Positions 49,701-62,749 of a stretch of 64,000 bases of DNA are shown piece after piece. Position 1 is the first letter of the stretch, and the number at the start of each line of letters is the position of its first letter. Both the position numbers and the translations under genes were made by a program. This stretch comes from Heptranchias perlo (lineage: Eukaryota), in the NCBI RefSeq assembly GCF_035084215.1, contig NC_090335.1:13454001-13518000 (forward strand). The letters are read 5' to 3'. The notes beneath the pieces were generated by a model. It had not been told where the DNA came from. It ran no database searches and was given only the letters and a program-made list of their open reading frames with translations.

Positions 49701-52700
49701 ATCCGATTACCAGTGGATCATATGACCAGATGTAACATGTTTTCACCCAATTTCCAGTGGACTACTTGACCAAACATGACAGGTTCACACCCGATTTTCA
49801 GTGGACCATTTGACCAAACGTAATATGTTCTCAGCTAATTTCCAGCAGACCATTTGATCAAACATGAACGATTCTCCAAAATTTCCAGTGGACCATTTGA
49901 CCAACATGACAGGTTCACACCTGATTTCCAGTGGGTCATTTGACCAAACGTAACATGTTCTCAGCCAATTTCCAGCGGACCAATTAACCAAACATGACAT
50001 GTTCTCATCTGATTTCCAGTGAACCATTTGACCAAACATGACAGATTCTCACCCGATTTCCAGTGGACCATATGACCAGACATAACATGTTTTCACCCAA
50101 TTTCCAGTGGACCATTCGACCAAACGTGACATGTTCTCACCTGATTTCCATTGGACCAATTGACAAAACGTGACAGATTCTCACTGAATTCCAGTGGACC
50201 ATTTGACCAAACGTGAAAGATTCTCACCTGATTTCCAGTGGACAATTTGACCAAATGTGACATGTTCTCACCTGATTTCCAATGGACCATTTGATCAAAT
50301 GTGAATGATTCTGCAAAATTTCCAGTGGACCATTCGACCAAACGTGACAGATACTCATCAATTCCCAGTGGACCATTTGATCCAACGTGAAAAGTTCTCA
50401 CGGGATTTCCAGTGGACCTTTTAACCCATTGTGACATGTTCCCACCTCATTTCCAGTGGACCGTTTGACCCCTCCTGACAAGTTGTCACCCTATTTGCAG
50501 TGACCCAGTTGACCCAACATGACAGGTTCCCATCCCTTTTCCAGTGGACCGTTTGACCTACCGATACAAATTCGCATCTGATTTCCAGTGGACCATTTGA
50601 CCTATCGTGACAGATTCTCAATAGATTTCCAGAGAACCTATTGGTCCATCGTGACATGTCCTCACCCAATTTCCAGTGGACCGTTTCACCAGACGGGACA
50701 TCTTCTCACCCCATTTCCAGTGAACCATTTGACCTCTCGTGACATGTTTACACCCAATTTCCAGCAGATCAATTAACCAAATATGATATGTTCACACCCG
50801 ATTTCCAGTGGACCATTGACCAGACATGACCTGTTCACCATAATTTCCAGTGGACCATTTGACCAAACGTGACAGCTTCTCATCCGATTTCTAGTGAGCC
50901 AATTGACCAGACATGAAATGTTCTCACCTGATTTCCAATGGACCAGTGGATCCATCATGACAGGTTCGCACCCTATTTCCAGTGGACCATTTGTACAAAC
51001 ATGTCAGATTCTTACCCGATTTCCAGTGGACAATTTGACCAAATGTGACCTGTTCTGCAAAATTTCCAGTGGACCATTTGACTAAACATTACAGGATCTC
51101 ATCCGATTTCCCATGAACCATTTGACCCATCATGACAGATTCTCACCCAAATTCCAGTGGACCATTTGACCAAATATGACATGTGCTCACCTGAATCCCA
51201 GTGGACCATTTGACCAGATATGACCTGTTCACCAAAATTTCCAGTGGGACATTTGACCAAACGTGACAGATTCTCACCCAATTTTCAGTGGATCATTTGA
51301 CCAAACGTGACAGGTACACACCCGATTTCCGGTGGATCATTTGAACAGACATGACCTGTTCACTGCAATTTCTGGTTGACCATTTGACCAAACGTGACAT
51401 GTTCTCACCCAATTTCCATTAGACCATTTGACCAAATGTGACCTGTTCATCAAAATTTCCAGCGGACTGTTTGACCAAATGGTGACAGGCTCTCAACCAA
51501 TTTCCAGTGGACATTTGACTAAACATGACAGATTCTCACCCGATTTCCAGTTGACCATTTGATCAAATGTGACACGTTCTCACCCAATTTCCAGTGGACC
51601 ATTTGACCGGACGTGACATGTTCCCCAAAATTTCCTGTGGACCATTTGACCAAACGTGACAGGTTCACACCTGATTTCCAGTGGATCATTTGACCGGACG
51701 TGACATGTTCCCCAAAATTTCACGTGGACCATTTGACCAAATGTGACAGATGCTCAACCGATTTTCAGTGGACCATTTACCATTTGACCAAATGTGACAT
51801 GTTCTCACATGATTTCCAGTGGACCATTTGACCAGACATGTCCTGTTTGCTGCAATTTCCAGTTGACTGATTGATCAAATGTGACAGGTTCTCATCCGAT
51901 TTCCAGTGGACCAAGTGACGAAAAGCGACATGTTCTCACCCGATTACCAAAGGACTATTTGACCAAACGTGACATGTTCTCACTTGATTTCCAGCAGACC
52001 GTTTGATCAAATGTGAACGATTCTACAAAATTTCCAGTGGACCATTTGACTAAACGTGACAGGTTCTCACCAGATTTCCAGTGAACCTTTTGACCAAATG
52101 TAACAGGTTCACACCCAATTTCCAGTGGACCATATGACCAGATGTAACATGTTCACACCTGATTTCCAGTGGGACATTTGACCAATAGTGACAGGTTCTC
52201 TCCCGATTTCCAGTGGACCATTTAACCAGACATGACCTGTTCGCTGCAATTTCCAGTTGACTAATTGACCAACATGACAGGTTCTCAGCCGATTTCCAGT
52301 GGACCATTTGATCAAATGTGAACGAGTCTCCAAAATTTCCAGTCGACCATTTGACCAAACTGACAGCTACTCATCCATTCCCACTGGACCAATTGACCAA
52401 ACATGACATGTTCTCATCTGATTTCCAGTGGACCATTTGACCAAACATGACAGATTCTCATCTGATTTCCAGAGAACCTTTTGACCCATCATGACATGCT
52501 CTCACCCAAATTCCTGTGGTCTATTTGACCAAACGTGACAGAGTCTAACCCAATTTCCAGTAGACCATTTGACAGGTGACAGGTTCTCACCTACTTCCAG
52601 TGAACCATTTGATCCATCATGACATGTTCTCACCCAATTTCCAGTGGACCATTTGAACAAATGTGACAGTGTCTCACCGGATTTCCAGTGAACCATTTGA

Positions 52701-55085
52701 CCAAACGTGACAGGTCCCAAACCAATTTCTGCTGGACCATTTGACCAAACAAGACATGTCTCACCCGATTTTCAGTGGACCATATGACCAGAAGTAACAT
52801 GTTCTCACCCGATTTCCAGTGGACCATTTGACCAAACGTGACAGATTCTCATCCAATTTCCATTGGACCAATTGACAAAATGTGACAGGTTCTCACCAAA
52901 TTCCAGTGGACAATTTGACCAAACGTGACAGATTCACAGCCTATTTCCAGTGGAGCACTTGGCCAAACATGACAGGTACTCATTCATTCCCAGCGGACCA
53001 ATTGTCCAAATGTGACATGTTCTCATCCGATTTCCAGTGGACCATTTGACCAAACGTGACAGGTTCTCACCTGATTTCCAGTGAACCTTTTGACCCATCG
53101 TGACGTGCTCTCACCCGATTTCCAGTAGACCAATTGACGAAATGAGACACGTTCTCACCCGATTACCAGTGGGCCATATGACCAGATGTAACATGTTTTC
53201 ACCCGATTTCCAGTGGACTACTTGACCAAACATGACAGGTTCACACCCGATTTCCAGTGGATCATTTGACCAAACGTAATATGTTCTCAGCTAATTTCCA
53301 GCGGACCATTTGATCAAACATGAACGATTCTCCAAAATTTCCAGTGGACCATTTGACCAACATGACAGGTTCACACCCGATTTCCAGTGGGTCATTTGAC
53401 CAAACGTAACATGTTCTCAGCCGATTTCCAGCGGACCAATTAACCAAACATGACATGTTCTCATCTGATTTCCAGTGAACCATTTGACCAAACATGACAG
53501 ATTCTCACCCGATTTCCAGTGGACCATATGACCAGACGTAACATGTTTTCACCCAATTTCCAGTGGACCATTTGACCAAATGTGGAAGATTCTCACCTGA
53601 TTTCCAGTGGACAATTTGACCAAATGTGACATGTTCTCACCTGATTTCCAATGGACCATTTGATCAAATGTGAATGATTCTGCAAAATTTCCAGTGGACC
53701 ATTCGACTAAACGTGACAGATACTCATCCATTCCCAGTGGACCATTTGACCAAACGTGACAAGTTCTCACCTGATTTCCAGTGAACCTTTTAACCATCGT
53801 GACATCCTCTCATCCGATTGCCAGTGGATCTTTTGACCTATCATGACAGGTTCTCACCCAATTTCCAGTGGGCCAATTGACCCATCGTGACTGGTTCCCC
53901 CACCATATCCAGTTGACCATTTGACCCATTGTTACAGATTCTCGTCCGTTTTCCGGTGGACCATTTTCCCATCATGATATGTTCTCACCCCATTTCTAGT
54001 GGTCCATTTGACCAATCATGACAGGTTCTCATCCGATTTCCAGTGGACCTATCAACCAAACGAGACCTGTTCTCACCCAGTTTCCAGTGGACCTTTTGAT
54101 CCATTGTGACAGATTCTCACCCTTTTTCCAGTGAACCTTTTGACCCATCGTGACTGATCCCACCCTATTTCCAGTTGACCATTTGACCCATCGTGATAGA
54201 TTCTCAACTGATTTCCAGTGAATCATTTGACCAAATGTGACATGTTCTTACCCAATTTGCAGTGGACTATTTGACCAGACGTGACGTGTTCTCACCTGAT
54301 TTTCAGTGAACTGTTTGACCCATTGTTTCAGATTCTCATCCATTTTCTAATGAACCATTTGTCCCATTGTGATAGATTCTCAACTGATTTCCAGTGGACC
54401 TTATGAGCAATCGTGACACATTTTCACCCGATTTCCAGTGAACCGTTTGACCTATCGTGACACATTCTCAACAGATTTCCTGTGGACCTATTGACCCATC
54501 GATGCAGGTTCTCACCCAATTTGCAGTGAACCAATTGACCAATCTTGACGTGTTCTCACCTGATTTCCAGTGGACCATTTGATCCATCGTGACAGGTTGT
54601 CTCTCAATTTCCAGTATACCACTTGTACCACAGATTCTCATCTGATTTCCAACCAACCATTTGACCAAACGTGACATGTTCCACCCAATTTCCAGTGGGC
54701 CATTTGACCCAATATGACAGGTTCTCACCCGATTTCCAATAGACCATTTGATCCATCGTGACAGGTTCTCATTGATTTCCAGTGGACCAATCAACCAAAT
54801 TTGACCTGTTGTCACCGATTTCTAGTGGACCATTTGATCCTCCCTAGCAGGTTCTCACCCAATTTCCAGTGGACCACTTGACCCAACGTGACATGTTCTC
54901 ATTTGATTTCTGGTGGATCTTTTGACCTATCATGACAGGTTCTCACCACATTTCCAGTGGACTGTTTGGCCCACCGTGAGAAGTTCTCATGGGATTTCCA
55001 GTGGACCTTTTGACCCATCGTGACATGTTCCCGCCCCATTTCCAGTGGACCGATTGACCCATCCTGACAAGTTGTCACCCTATTT

Positions 55086-56246
55086 ATATGGACTCCCAGA
55101 AGGCATTTGATAAGGTCCCACATAAGAGACTGTTAGCGAAGATAGAAGCCCATGGAATCGAAGGAAAAGTACAGACTTGGTTAGGAAGTTGGCTGAGCGA
55201 AAGGCGACACAGAGTAGGGATAATGGGTAGGTACTCACATTGGTAGGATGTGACTAGTGGAGTCCCGCAGGGATCTGTCTTGGGGCCTCAATTATTCACA
55301 ATATTTATTAACGACTTAAATGAAGGCATAGAAAGTCTCATATCTAAGTTTGCCGATGACTCAAAGATTGGTGGCATTGTAAGCAGTGTAGATGGAAACA
55401 TAAAATTACATTGATAGATTAGGTGAACAGGCAAAACTGTAGCAAATGGAATTCAATGCAGACAAATGTGAGGTCATCCACTTTGGATCAAAAAAGGATA
55501 GAACAGGGTACTTTCTAAATGGTAAAAAGTTAAAAACAGTGGATGTCCAAAGGGACCTAGGGGTACAGGGACATAGATCATTGAAGTGTCATGAACAGGT
55601 GCAGAAAGTAATCAATAAGGCTAATGGAATGCTGGCCTTTATATCTAGAGGACTGGAGTACAAGGGGACAGAAGTTATGCTGCAGCTATACAAAACCCTG
55701 GTTAGACCGCACCTGGAGTACTGTGAGCAGTTCTGGGCACCCCACCTTCGAAAGGACATATTGGCCTTGGAGGGAGTGCAGCGTAGGTGTACTAGAATGA
55801 TATCCGGACTTCAAGGGTTAAGTTATGAGGAGAGATTACACAAATTGGGGTTGTATTCTCTGGAGTTTCAAAGGTTAAGTGGTGATCTGATCGAAGTTTA
55901 TAAGATATTAAGGGGAACAGATAGGGTGGATAGAGAGAAACTATTTCCGCTGATTGGGGATTCTAGGAGTAGGGGGTACAGTCTAAAAATTAGAGTCAGA
56001 CCTTTCAGGAGTGAGTTTAGAAAACATTTCTACACACAAAGGGTGGTAGAAGTTTGGAACTCTCTTCCGCAAACGGCAATTGATAGCTCAATTTAAATGT
56101 GAGATAGATAGCTATTTGGCAACCAAAGGTATTAAGGGATATGGGCCAAAGGCAGGTATATGGAGTTAGGTCACAGATCAGCCATGAACTTATCAAATGG
56201 CAGAGCAGGCACGAGGGGCTAAATGGCCTACTCCTGTTCCTATGTT
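55086..56246 (+). mobile_element. 5'-truncated CR1 inserted in the satellite (stops and a deletion present)
   Basis: ORF 55446..56096 is the CR1 ORF2 C-terminus; flanked by cctattt (55079-85/56247-53). Confidence 0.95.
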
Positions 56247-57196
56247 CCTATTTGCTGTGACCCAGTTGACCCAACATGACAGATTCTCAATAGGTTTCCA
56301 GGGGACCTATTGGTCCATCGTGACATGTTTTCACCCAATTTCCAGCAGACAAATTGACCAAACATGACATGTTCTCACACGATCTCCAGTGGACCACTGA
56401 CCAGACATGTCCTGTTCACCATAATTTCCAGTGGACCATTTGACCAAACGTGACAGGTTCTCATCTGATTTCCAGTGGGCCAATTGACCAGACGTGAAAT
56501 GTTCTCACCCGATTTCCAATCGACCATTTGAACAAACGTGTCAGATTCTCATCGATTTCCAGTGGACAATTTGTCCAAATGTGACCTGTTCTGCAAAATT
56601 TCCAGTGGACCATTTGACCAAACGTGAAAGGATCTCACTCAATTTCCAGTGAACTATTGACCCATTGTGACAGATTCTCACCCGATTTCCAGTGGACCAT
56701 TTGACCAGATATGGCCTGTTCTCCAAAATTTCCAGTGGACCATTTGACCGGACGTGACCAGTTCTCTAAAATTTCATGTGGACCATTTTACCAGATGTAC
56801 TATATTCTCACCCAATTTCCAGTGGATCATTTGACCAAACATGACAGGTACACACCCGATTTCCAGTGGACCATTTGAACAGACATGACCTGTTCACTGC
56901 AATTTCTAGTTGACCATTTGAACAAACGTGACAGATTCTCACCCAATTTCCAATGGACCATTTGACCAAATGTGACATGTTCTCACCCAACTTCCAGTTG
57001 ACCATTGGATCCATCATGACAGGTTCTCACCCAGTTTCCAGTGGACCATTTGACCAAACCTGATGAGGTTCTCATCCGATTTTCGTTGGACCAATTGACA
57101 AAACAGGACAGGTTTTCACCCAATTCCAGTGGACCATTTGACCTAACATGACAGATTCTCACCCGATTTCCAGTTGACAATTTGACCAAACATGAC

Positions 57197-58795
57197 GGGC
57201 GCTAAATTGGGCCGTGTAGCGCCCATTGTTTTGGCGCTACACGGCCTCCCTGATATCCAAGATGGCGTCTTGGATGCGCACATACGTTTCCAGCATGACG
57301 TGCGCCAGACGCCAGCTTGGTACAGGAATTAGCTCAGGCGCAGATAGCGAATGCTGGAATCATGTAAAGTAGGGAGAAAATGGCTTCAATAAGTGTACAA
57401 TGCTGATTTAAAGTGATCGACACCATTTTGGAACTAAACACTCAACTCTACCCACAGTCTTAACCCCGATCATCTAAACATGTCTTAGAGTGCCTGGAGG
57501 ACCCCCCAACAGCGCTATTTAAAGGGACCATGCAGGATTTACAGGTTAGTGGTTGGATTATTGCTTCTGGCTGCCGAGACATTTGTAACTGTTTTTGGAG
57601 GTCTCCTAGACTTGAATACTAGGACACGGAGACATAGCCTAACGTTTAGAGCCAGGAAGTGCAGGAATGAAGTTAGGAAATGCTTCTACACGCAAAGGGT
57701 GGGAGGCATTTGGAACTCTCTTCTGCAGACGGCAGTTGATGCTAGCTCACTTGTGAATGTTAAATCTGAGATTGATAGATTTCTGTGAACCAAGGATATT
57801 AAGGGATATGGGGCTAAGGCGGCTATATGGAGTTAGGTCACAGGTCCACCATAATCTCATTGAATGGTGGAACAGGCTCGAGGGGCTAAATGCCACTGCC
57901 ACTTGCTGCCTCCTGATATGTGTCAACTTCTCCTGCAAGAAAGCGGGACGTGTGTCTGGGTGATGTGCCTGTCATGGTTGAATAGCTGCCAGTGTGTGTG
58001 GCCTGTGAGTTGTGGGTGGGCGGCTTGATAATGTGGTAATGTGTAAGGGTGAGAGGAAGCATCTGGTAGGAAGAGTTGAGTACTGATGGAAAGAGTGAGT
58101 TTTTTGTATGGGGTTGATGGGGGTGCAGTGCTTGGTGCAGTTGGTAGGAGACACCACTTGACAGTTGACCTCACGCACCTCGACCACTCATGTCAAAGCA
58201 TTGAACTTCTTCCTGCGCTGCATCCATCCACGTTCATGATGCTGTGTACCTCGCACTGACTTCGTCCCCCGCTGCCTCGCACTGCCTTTTGGATATATGT
58301 CTGGAGGGCCTCTTGCGCCCCTCCCCTCGCGGATATAGAATGTCCCTCATCCTGTCCACCTCTTGCACTAAGGTCTCTAGTGCATCAGCAGAGAATCTTG
58401 GTGCATGCACTCTCGCCAGCCTGGTACCAACACAGATCGGCAGATTGGTGATGTGGGATTTAGTGGTGCGCAACCTTTTGTTCAATGTTTTAACAAAACT
58501 CATCAGTGTGTAAACGTAAGGATGGGACCTGCATCTGTGTTTTACGTGTGCGATGTCTGATCTCCGTTCAGACTCCGGCAGACAGTAGACAGTAGTTATT
58601 TTCAGAAAATTTAAGAATTTGAGCTCCCCTGGTGGTGGAAAGTGCGAATTGCATTGATTCCATGTGTAAGGCCTGGAATGCAACGCTCGGGTGGGCCAAA
58701 ACTTGCGTCCTGCCTGTGCAGAGGCCATTGGGTGCGGGGCAATAGCACATCACGCTACCTATGCCCAAAAACGGCCTCTATCCAATTTTTCCCAA
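57197..58795. mobile_element. Composite non-autonomous Harbinger carrying a CR1 3' fragment (copy 2, inverted relative to copy 1)
   Basis: Begins gggcgctaaattgggcc, ends aatttttcccaa; near-TSD gac/ggc inside a satellite unit; Myb remnant PRFSADALETLVQEVDRMRDILYP. Confidence 0.88.
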
Positions 58796-61147
58796 GGCAT
58801 GTTCTCACCCGATTTCCAGTGAACCATTTGACCCATCGTGATACAGGCTCTCACTCAATTTCCAGTGGACCATTTGACCCATCGTGATACAGGCTCTCAC
58901 TCAATTTCCAGTGGACCATTTGACCCATCGTGATACAGGCTCTCACTCAATTTCCAGTGGACCATTTGACCAAACAAGACAGTTTCTCAACTGATTTCTA
59001 GCGGACCATTTCAGCAAATGTGATATGTTCTCACACGATTTCCAGTTGACCATTGGATCCATCATGACATGTTCTCACCCAATTTCCAGTGGACCATTTG
59101 ACCCATCGTGACAGGTTCTCACACAATTTCCAGTGGACCATTTGACCCATCGTGACAGGTTCTCACACAATTTCCAGTGGACCATTTGACCCATCGTGAC
59201 AGGTACTCACTTGATTTCTCGTGGACCTGTTGACCCATTGTAACAGATGCTCACCCCATTTCCAGTGAACTATTTGACCATTGTGACTGGTTCCCACTCT
59301 ATTTCCAGTTGACCATTTGACCCATAGTTACAGATTCTCGTCCGTTTTCCAGTGGACCATTTGTCCCATCGTGACATGTTCTCACCCAATTTCCAGTGGA
59401 CCATTTGTCCCATCGTGACATGTTCTCACCCAATTTCCAGTGGACCATTTGTCCCATCGTGACATGTTCTCACCCAATTTCCAGTGGACCATTTGTCCCA
59501 TCGTGACATGTTCTCACCCAATTTCCAGTGGACCATTTGACGCATCGTGACAGGTTCTCACACAATTTCAGTGGACTCTTTGGCCCAATACTGACATATT
59601 CGAACCCATTTTCCAGCGGACCATTTGACCCATCGTGGCAGATTCTCACCCCATTTCCAGTGAACCATTTGACCAATCGTGACTGGTTCCCACCTATTTC
59701 CATTTGACCATCTGACCCATCGTTACAGATTCTCGTCTGTTTTCCGGTGGACCATTTGTCCCATCGTGACATGTTCTCACCCAATTTCCAGTGGACCATT
59801 TGACGCATCGTGACAGGTTCTCACACAATTTCAGTGGACTCTTTGGCCCAATACTGACATATTCGAACCCATTTTCCAGCGGACCATTTGACCCATCGTG
59901 GCAGATTCTCACCCCATTTCCAGTGAACCATTTGACCAATCGTGACATGTTCTCAACCGATTTCCAGTGGACATTTTGAACAATCGTGACAGGTTCTCAC
60001 CCGATTTCCAGATAACCTTTTGACCTATGATGACAGATTCCCACCCCATTTCCAATGGATCATTTGACCAGACGTGATATGTTCTCACCCTATTTCCAGT
60101 GGACCATTTGACCAAACGTGACATGTTCTTACCCGATTTCCATTTGACCATATGACCAGATGTGACAGATTCTCACCCGATTTCCAGTGACCCGTTTGAC
60201 TCATCGTGACATGTTCTCACCCGATGTCCAGTGGTCCGTTTGATCCATTGTGACAGGTTCTCTCCCAATTTCCAGTGTACCACTTGACCAAACATGACAG
60301 ATTCTCATTTACTTTCTAGCCGACCATTTTACCAAACATGTCACGTTCTCACCCAATTTCCAGTGGACCATCTGGCCCATTGTGACATGTTCTCACCTGA
60401 TGTCCAGTGGACCATTTTACCCATCGTGACAGGTTCTCACCCGATTTCCAGTGAACCATTTGACCCATCGTGACAGGTTCTCACCCGATTTCCAGTGAAC
60501 CATTTGACCCATCGTGACTGGTTCTCACCCGATTTCCAGTGAACCATTTGACCCATCGTGACAGGTTCTCACCCGATTTCCAGTGAACCATTTGACCCAT
60601 CATGACTGGTTCCCACCTATTTCCAGTTGATTATTTGACCCATTGTTACAGATTTTCGTCCGTTTTCCAGTGAACTGTTTGACCCATCTGGCCGATTTTA
60701 AAATGGAATTGCGGGTCCTTTGGGGGCAGGGGGGCTGCGAAAATCAGGGAAATCCTGAGCGGGTAAGCAGCCGGCTCCAACTCGCTGAATTCCGGGTTGC
60801 ACACAGAGGCACCTGTATGCGCGCGCGCTTCTTGAATCCGGAAGTCCCGCCGGCAATTAAAGTCAGCGGGAGGATAGTTAAACCAGTTATTAAGATCGTT
60901 GATCTACTTGAAGTACTTAATTTTGTGGAGGTTGAGGCAGGGGAATGATTTTCATTGAGCCCCAGCGTGTTTCCCGTGCTGTGGGAAACACTCCATATTG
61001 TAGGAGAGGTGTTTCAGCCAGCGGCCAGTTAGACATTTAAATGCCCGTTTGATAGATGGGGATAGAAGGTGAGTTATTGCAGCAGGGCACTCAGTTCTCT
61101 CAGTCAAATTTTTGGCTGGAGGATCTTTGTGTTTAGACTGAAAATTC

Positions 61148-62449
61148 TTGGTTTATAGTCAGAATTGTTATGTTTACGCATATTTACCAAATTTCCGGAC
61201 CCCCTCAAACAGACACCATCAGGATGGAGGCGCGATGTTTGCATTCACCACTACATCCGAGGATAAGCAACATCACCATCCTTGCCAGGCACAGCATGCA
61301 CCTTCGCCACTTGCAGCTTTACCACACAGTGCTGCGCCACAGGCACCTGCACAAGAGCACAGAGGGCAACAACAGAGAGACCGCCATCGCAGGAGGCACT
61401 ACCCTCGCCATAGGGTCTACAGACCGAGGTTCAGCTTCCTGGACTTCTCTGAGCAGCAGTGCATTAGGAGGTTGAGAGTGAGTCACCAGGTGGTCACAGA
61501 CATCTGCAGCCTCCTTCATGCCGAGCTACTCCCGGCTGGGCTTGGCAGCATCTCATTACCTGGTGCTGTTAAGGTCACCACTGCCCTCAACTTCTTCACC
61601 TCTGGATCATTCCAGGGTGCCACCGGGGACATTGCTGGGTTCTCTCAGTTGTCTGCACACAAGTGCATAAGGCAGGGCACCGACGGCTTGTTTCGCAGGG
61701 CCTCGCAATATGTCAACGTCCTCATGGACAACCTCAGCCAGACGGAGAGGGCAGTGGGATTCCACTCTGTGGCTGGCTTCCCACAGGTGAAGGGTGCAAT
61801 CGATTGCACCCATATAGCAATACGAGCACCTTCACACAAGCCAGGACTGTTCATCAACAGAAAGGGGTATCACTCCATCAACACTCAGCTCCTTTGTGAC
61901 CACCGCAAAAGATTCCATAACGTGTGCGTCAGATTCCCTGGCATCTGCCATGATTTGTTTATTCTGAGGGAGTCCAACAGCCCGGGGCTCTTCCACGTAC
62001 TGAACATCCTTAAGGGCTGGCTCCTCGGGGACAAGGGATACCCCCTGCACACATGGCTCATCACCCCTCTGAGAAACCCCATCAGCGAGCAACAGCGTCG
62101 ATACAACAACAGCCATATCGCCACCAGGTCTATAATTGAACATGCGATAGGGCTGCTTAAGATGCGATTTTGGTGCCTCGATTGTTCTGGGGGATCGCTT
62201 CAATACGCACCAGAGAGAGTGGGATGCATTATAGTAGAGTGTTGTGTCCTGCATAATATGGCACAACAGCGAGGGGAACCGCTTGAGGAGGCCCCATCCA
62301 CATCTGCCATCTACATTGAGGAGGAGCAGCAGTAGGAGCATCAGCAGGAGGAGGAGGAGGAGGAGGAGAAGAAACCCATGGACAGAGCAGCGGCTCACCT
62401 GGCTGCTCATGAGGTCAGGGAGTCCCTGATATGTGAACGGTTCTCCTAA
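61148..62449 (+). pseudogene. Harbinger DDE transposase (HARBI1-like), intact except one apparently premature stop in the acidic tail
   Basis: GAIDCTHIAI, LLGDKGYP, IEHAIGLLKMRF, CCVLHN motifs. After TAG at 62333-35 the frame continues EHQQEEEEEE...VRESLICERFS* to TAA at 62447-49. True start probably lies downstream of 61148. Confidence 0.9.
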
Positions 62450-62749
62450 TGCCAGAAAGTGAAAAGTGTCCAGTCGTCACACCATCTGGAAAGACCAGCG
62501 CCAACAACAGCCCCCTCCCCCCACTCCTTGCACAAAACAGTCTTGCAACCACTGTAAAGTGACCCACTGGGTGGCGTCGAATGTTGCCATTCATGGAGAA
62601 GCTCATGAAAGGGCACTTTCACAAAAGCCAGTCAAGAATAGGCAAGACGTGGCAGTAGTGGTGAGAATGATAACATTTAATGTGACTATAACAAAAACCA
62701 AATATAAATGAAAAACATGACAGTCTGTCAGACACCCTTGTGCATACCC

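Larger units (their letters stand above)
35160..60687. repeat. Large 44-bp satellite array (roughly 490 units, estimated from length)
   Basis: Consensus ttctcacccgatttccagtggaccatttgaccaaacgtgacatg; 44-bp period confirmed at 60481/60525; single orientation throughout; interrupted by three TE insertions. Confidence 0.97.

Noticed and set aside
35797-60151. Many Trp/His/Cys-rich ORFs (MVHWKSGENLSRLVKWSTGN...) as a repeat protein or zinc-finger cluster
   Set aside because: The 44-bp period is not a multiple of 3, stops are frequent and there is no C2H2 spacing; they are translations of the satellite.
35160-60687. CRISPR-like array
   Set aside because: Monomers are contiguous, diverged copies with no unique spacers; no cas genes; vertebrate context.
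61148-62335. Domesticated host HARBI1 gene
   Set aside because: It lies inside transposon ends with a convergent Myb gene, has relatives elsewhere in the window and an apparent premature stop.
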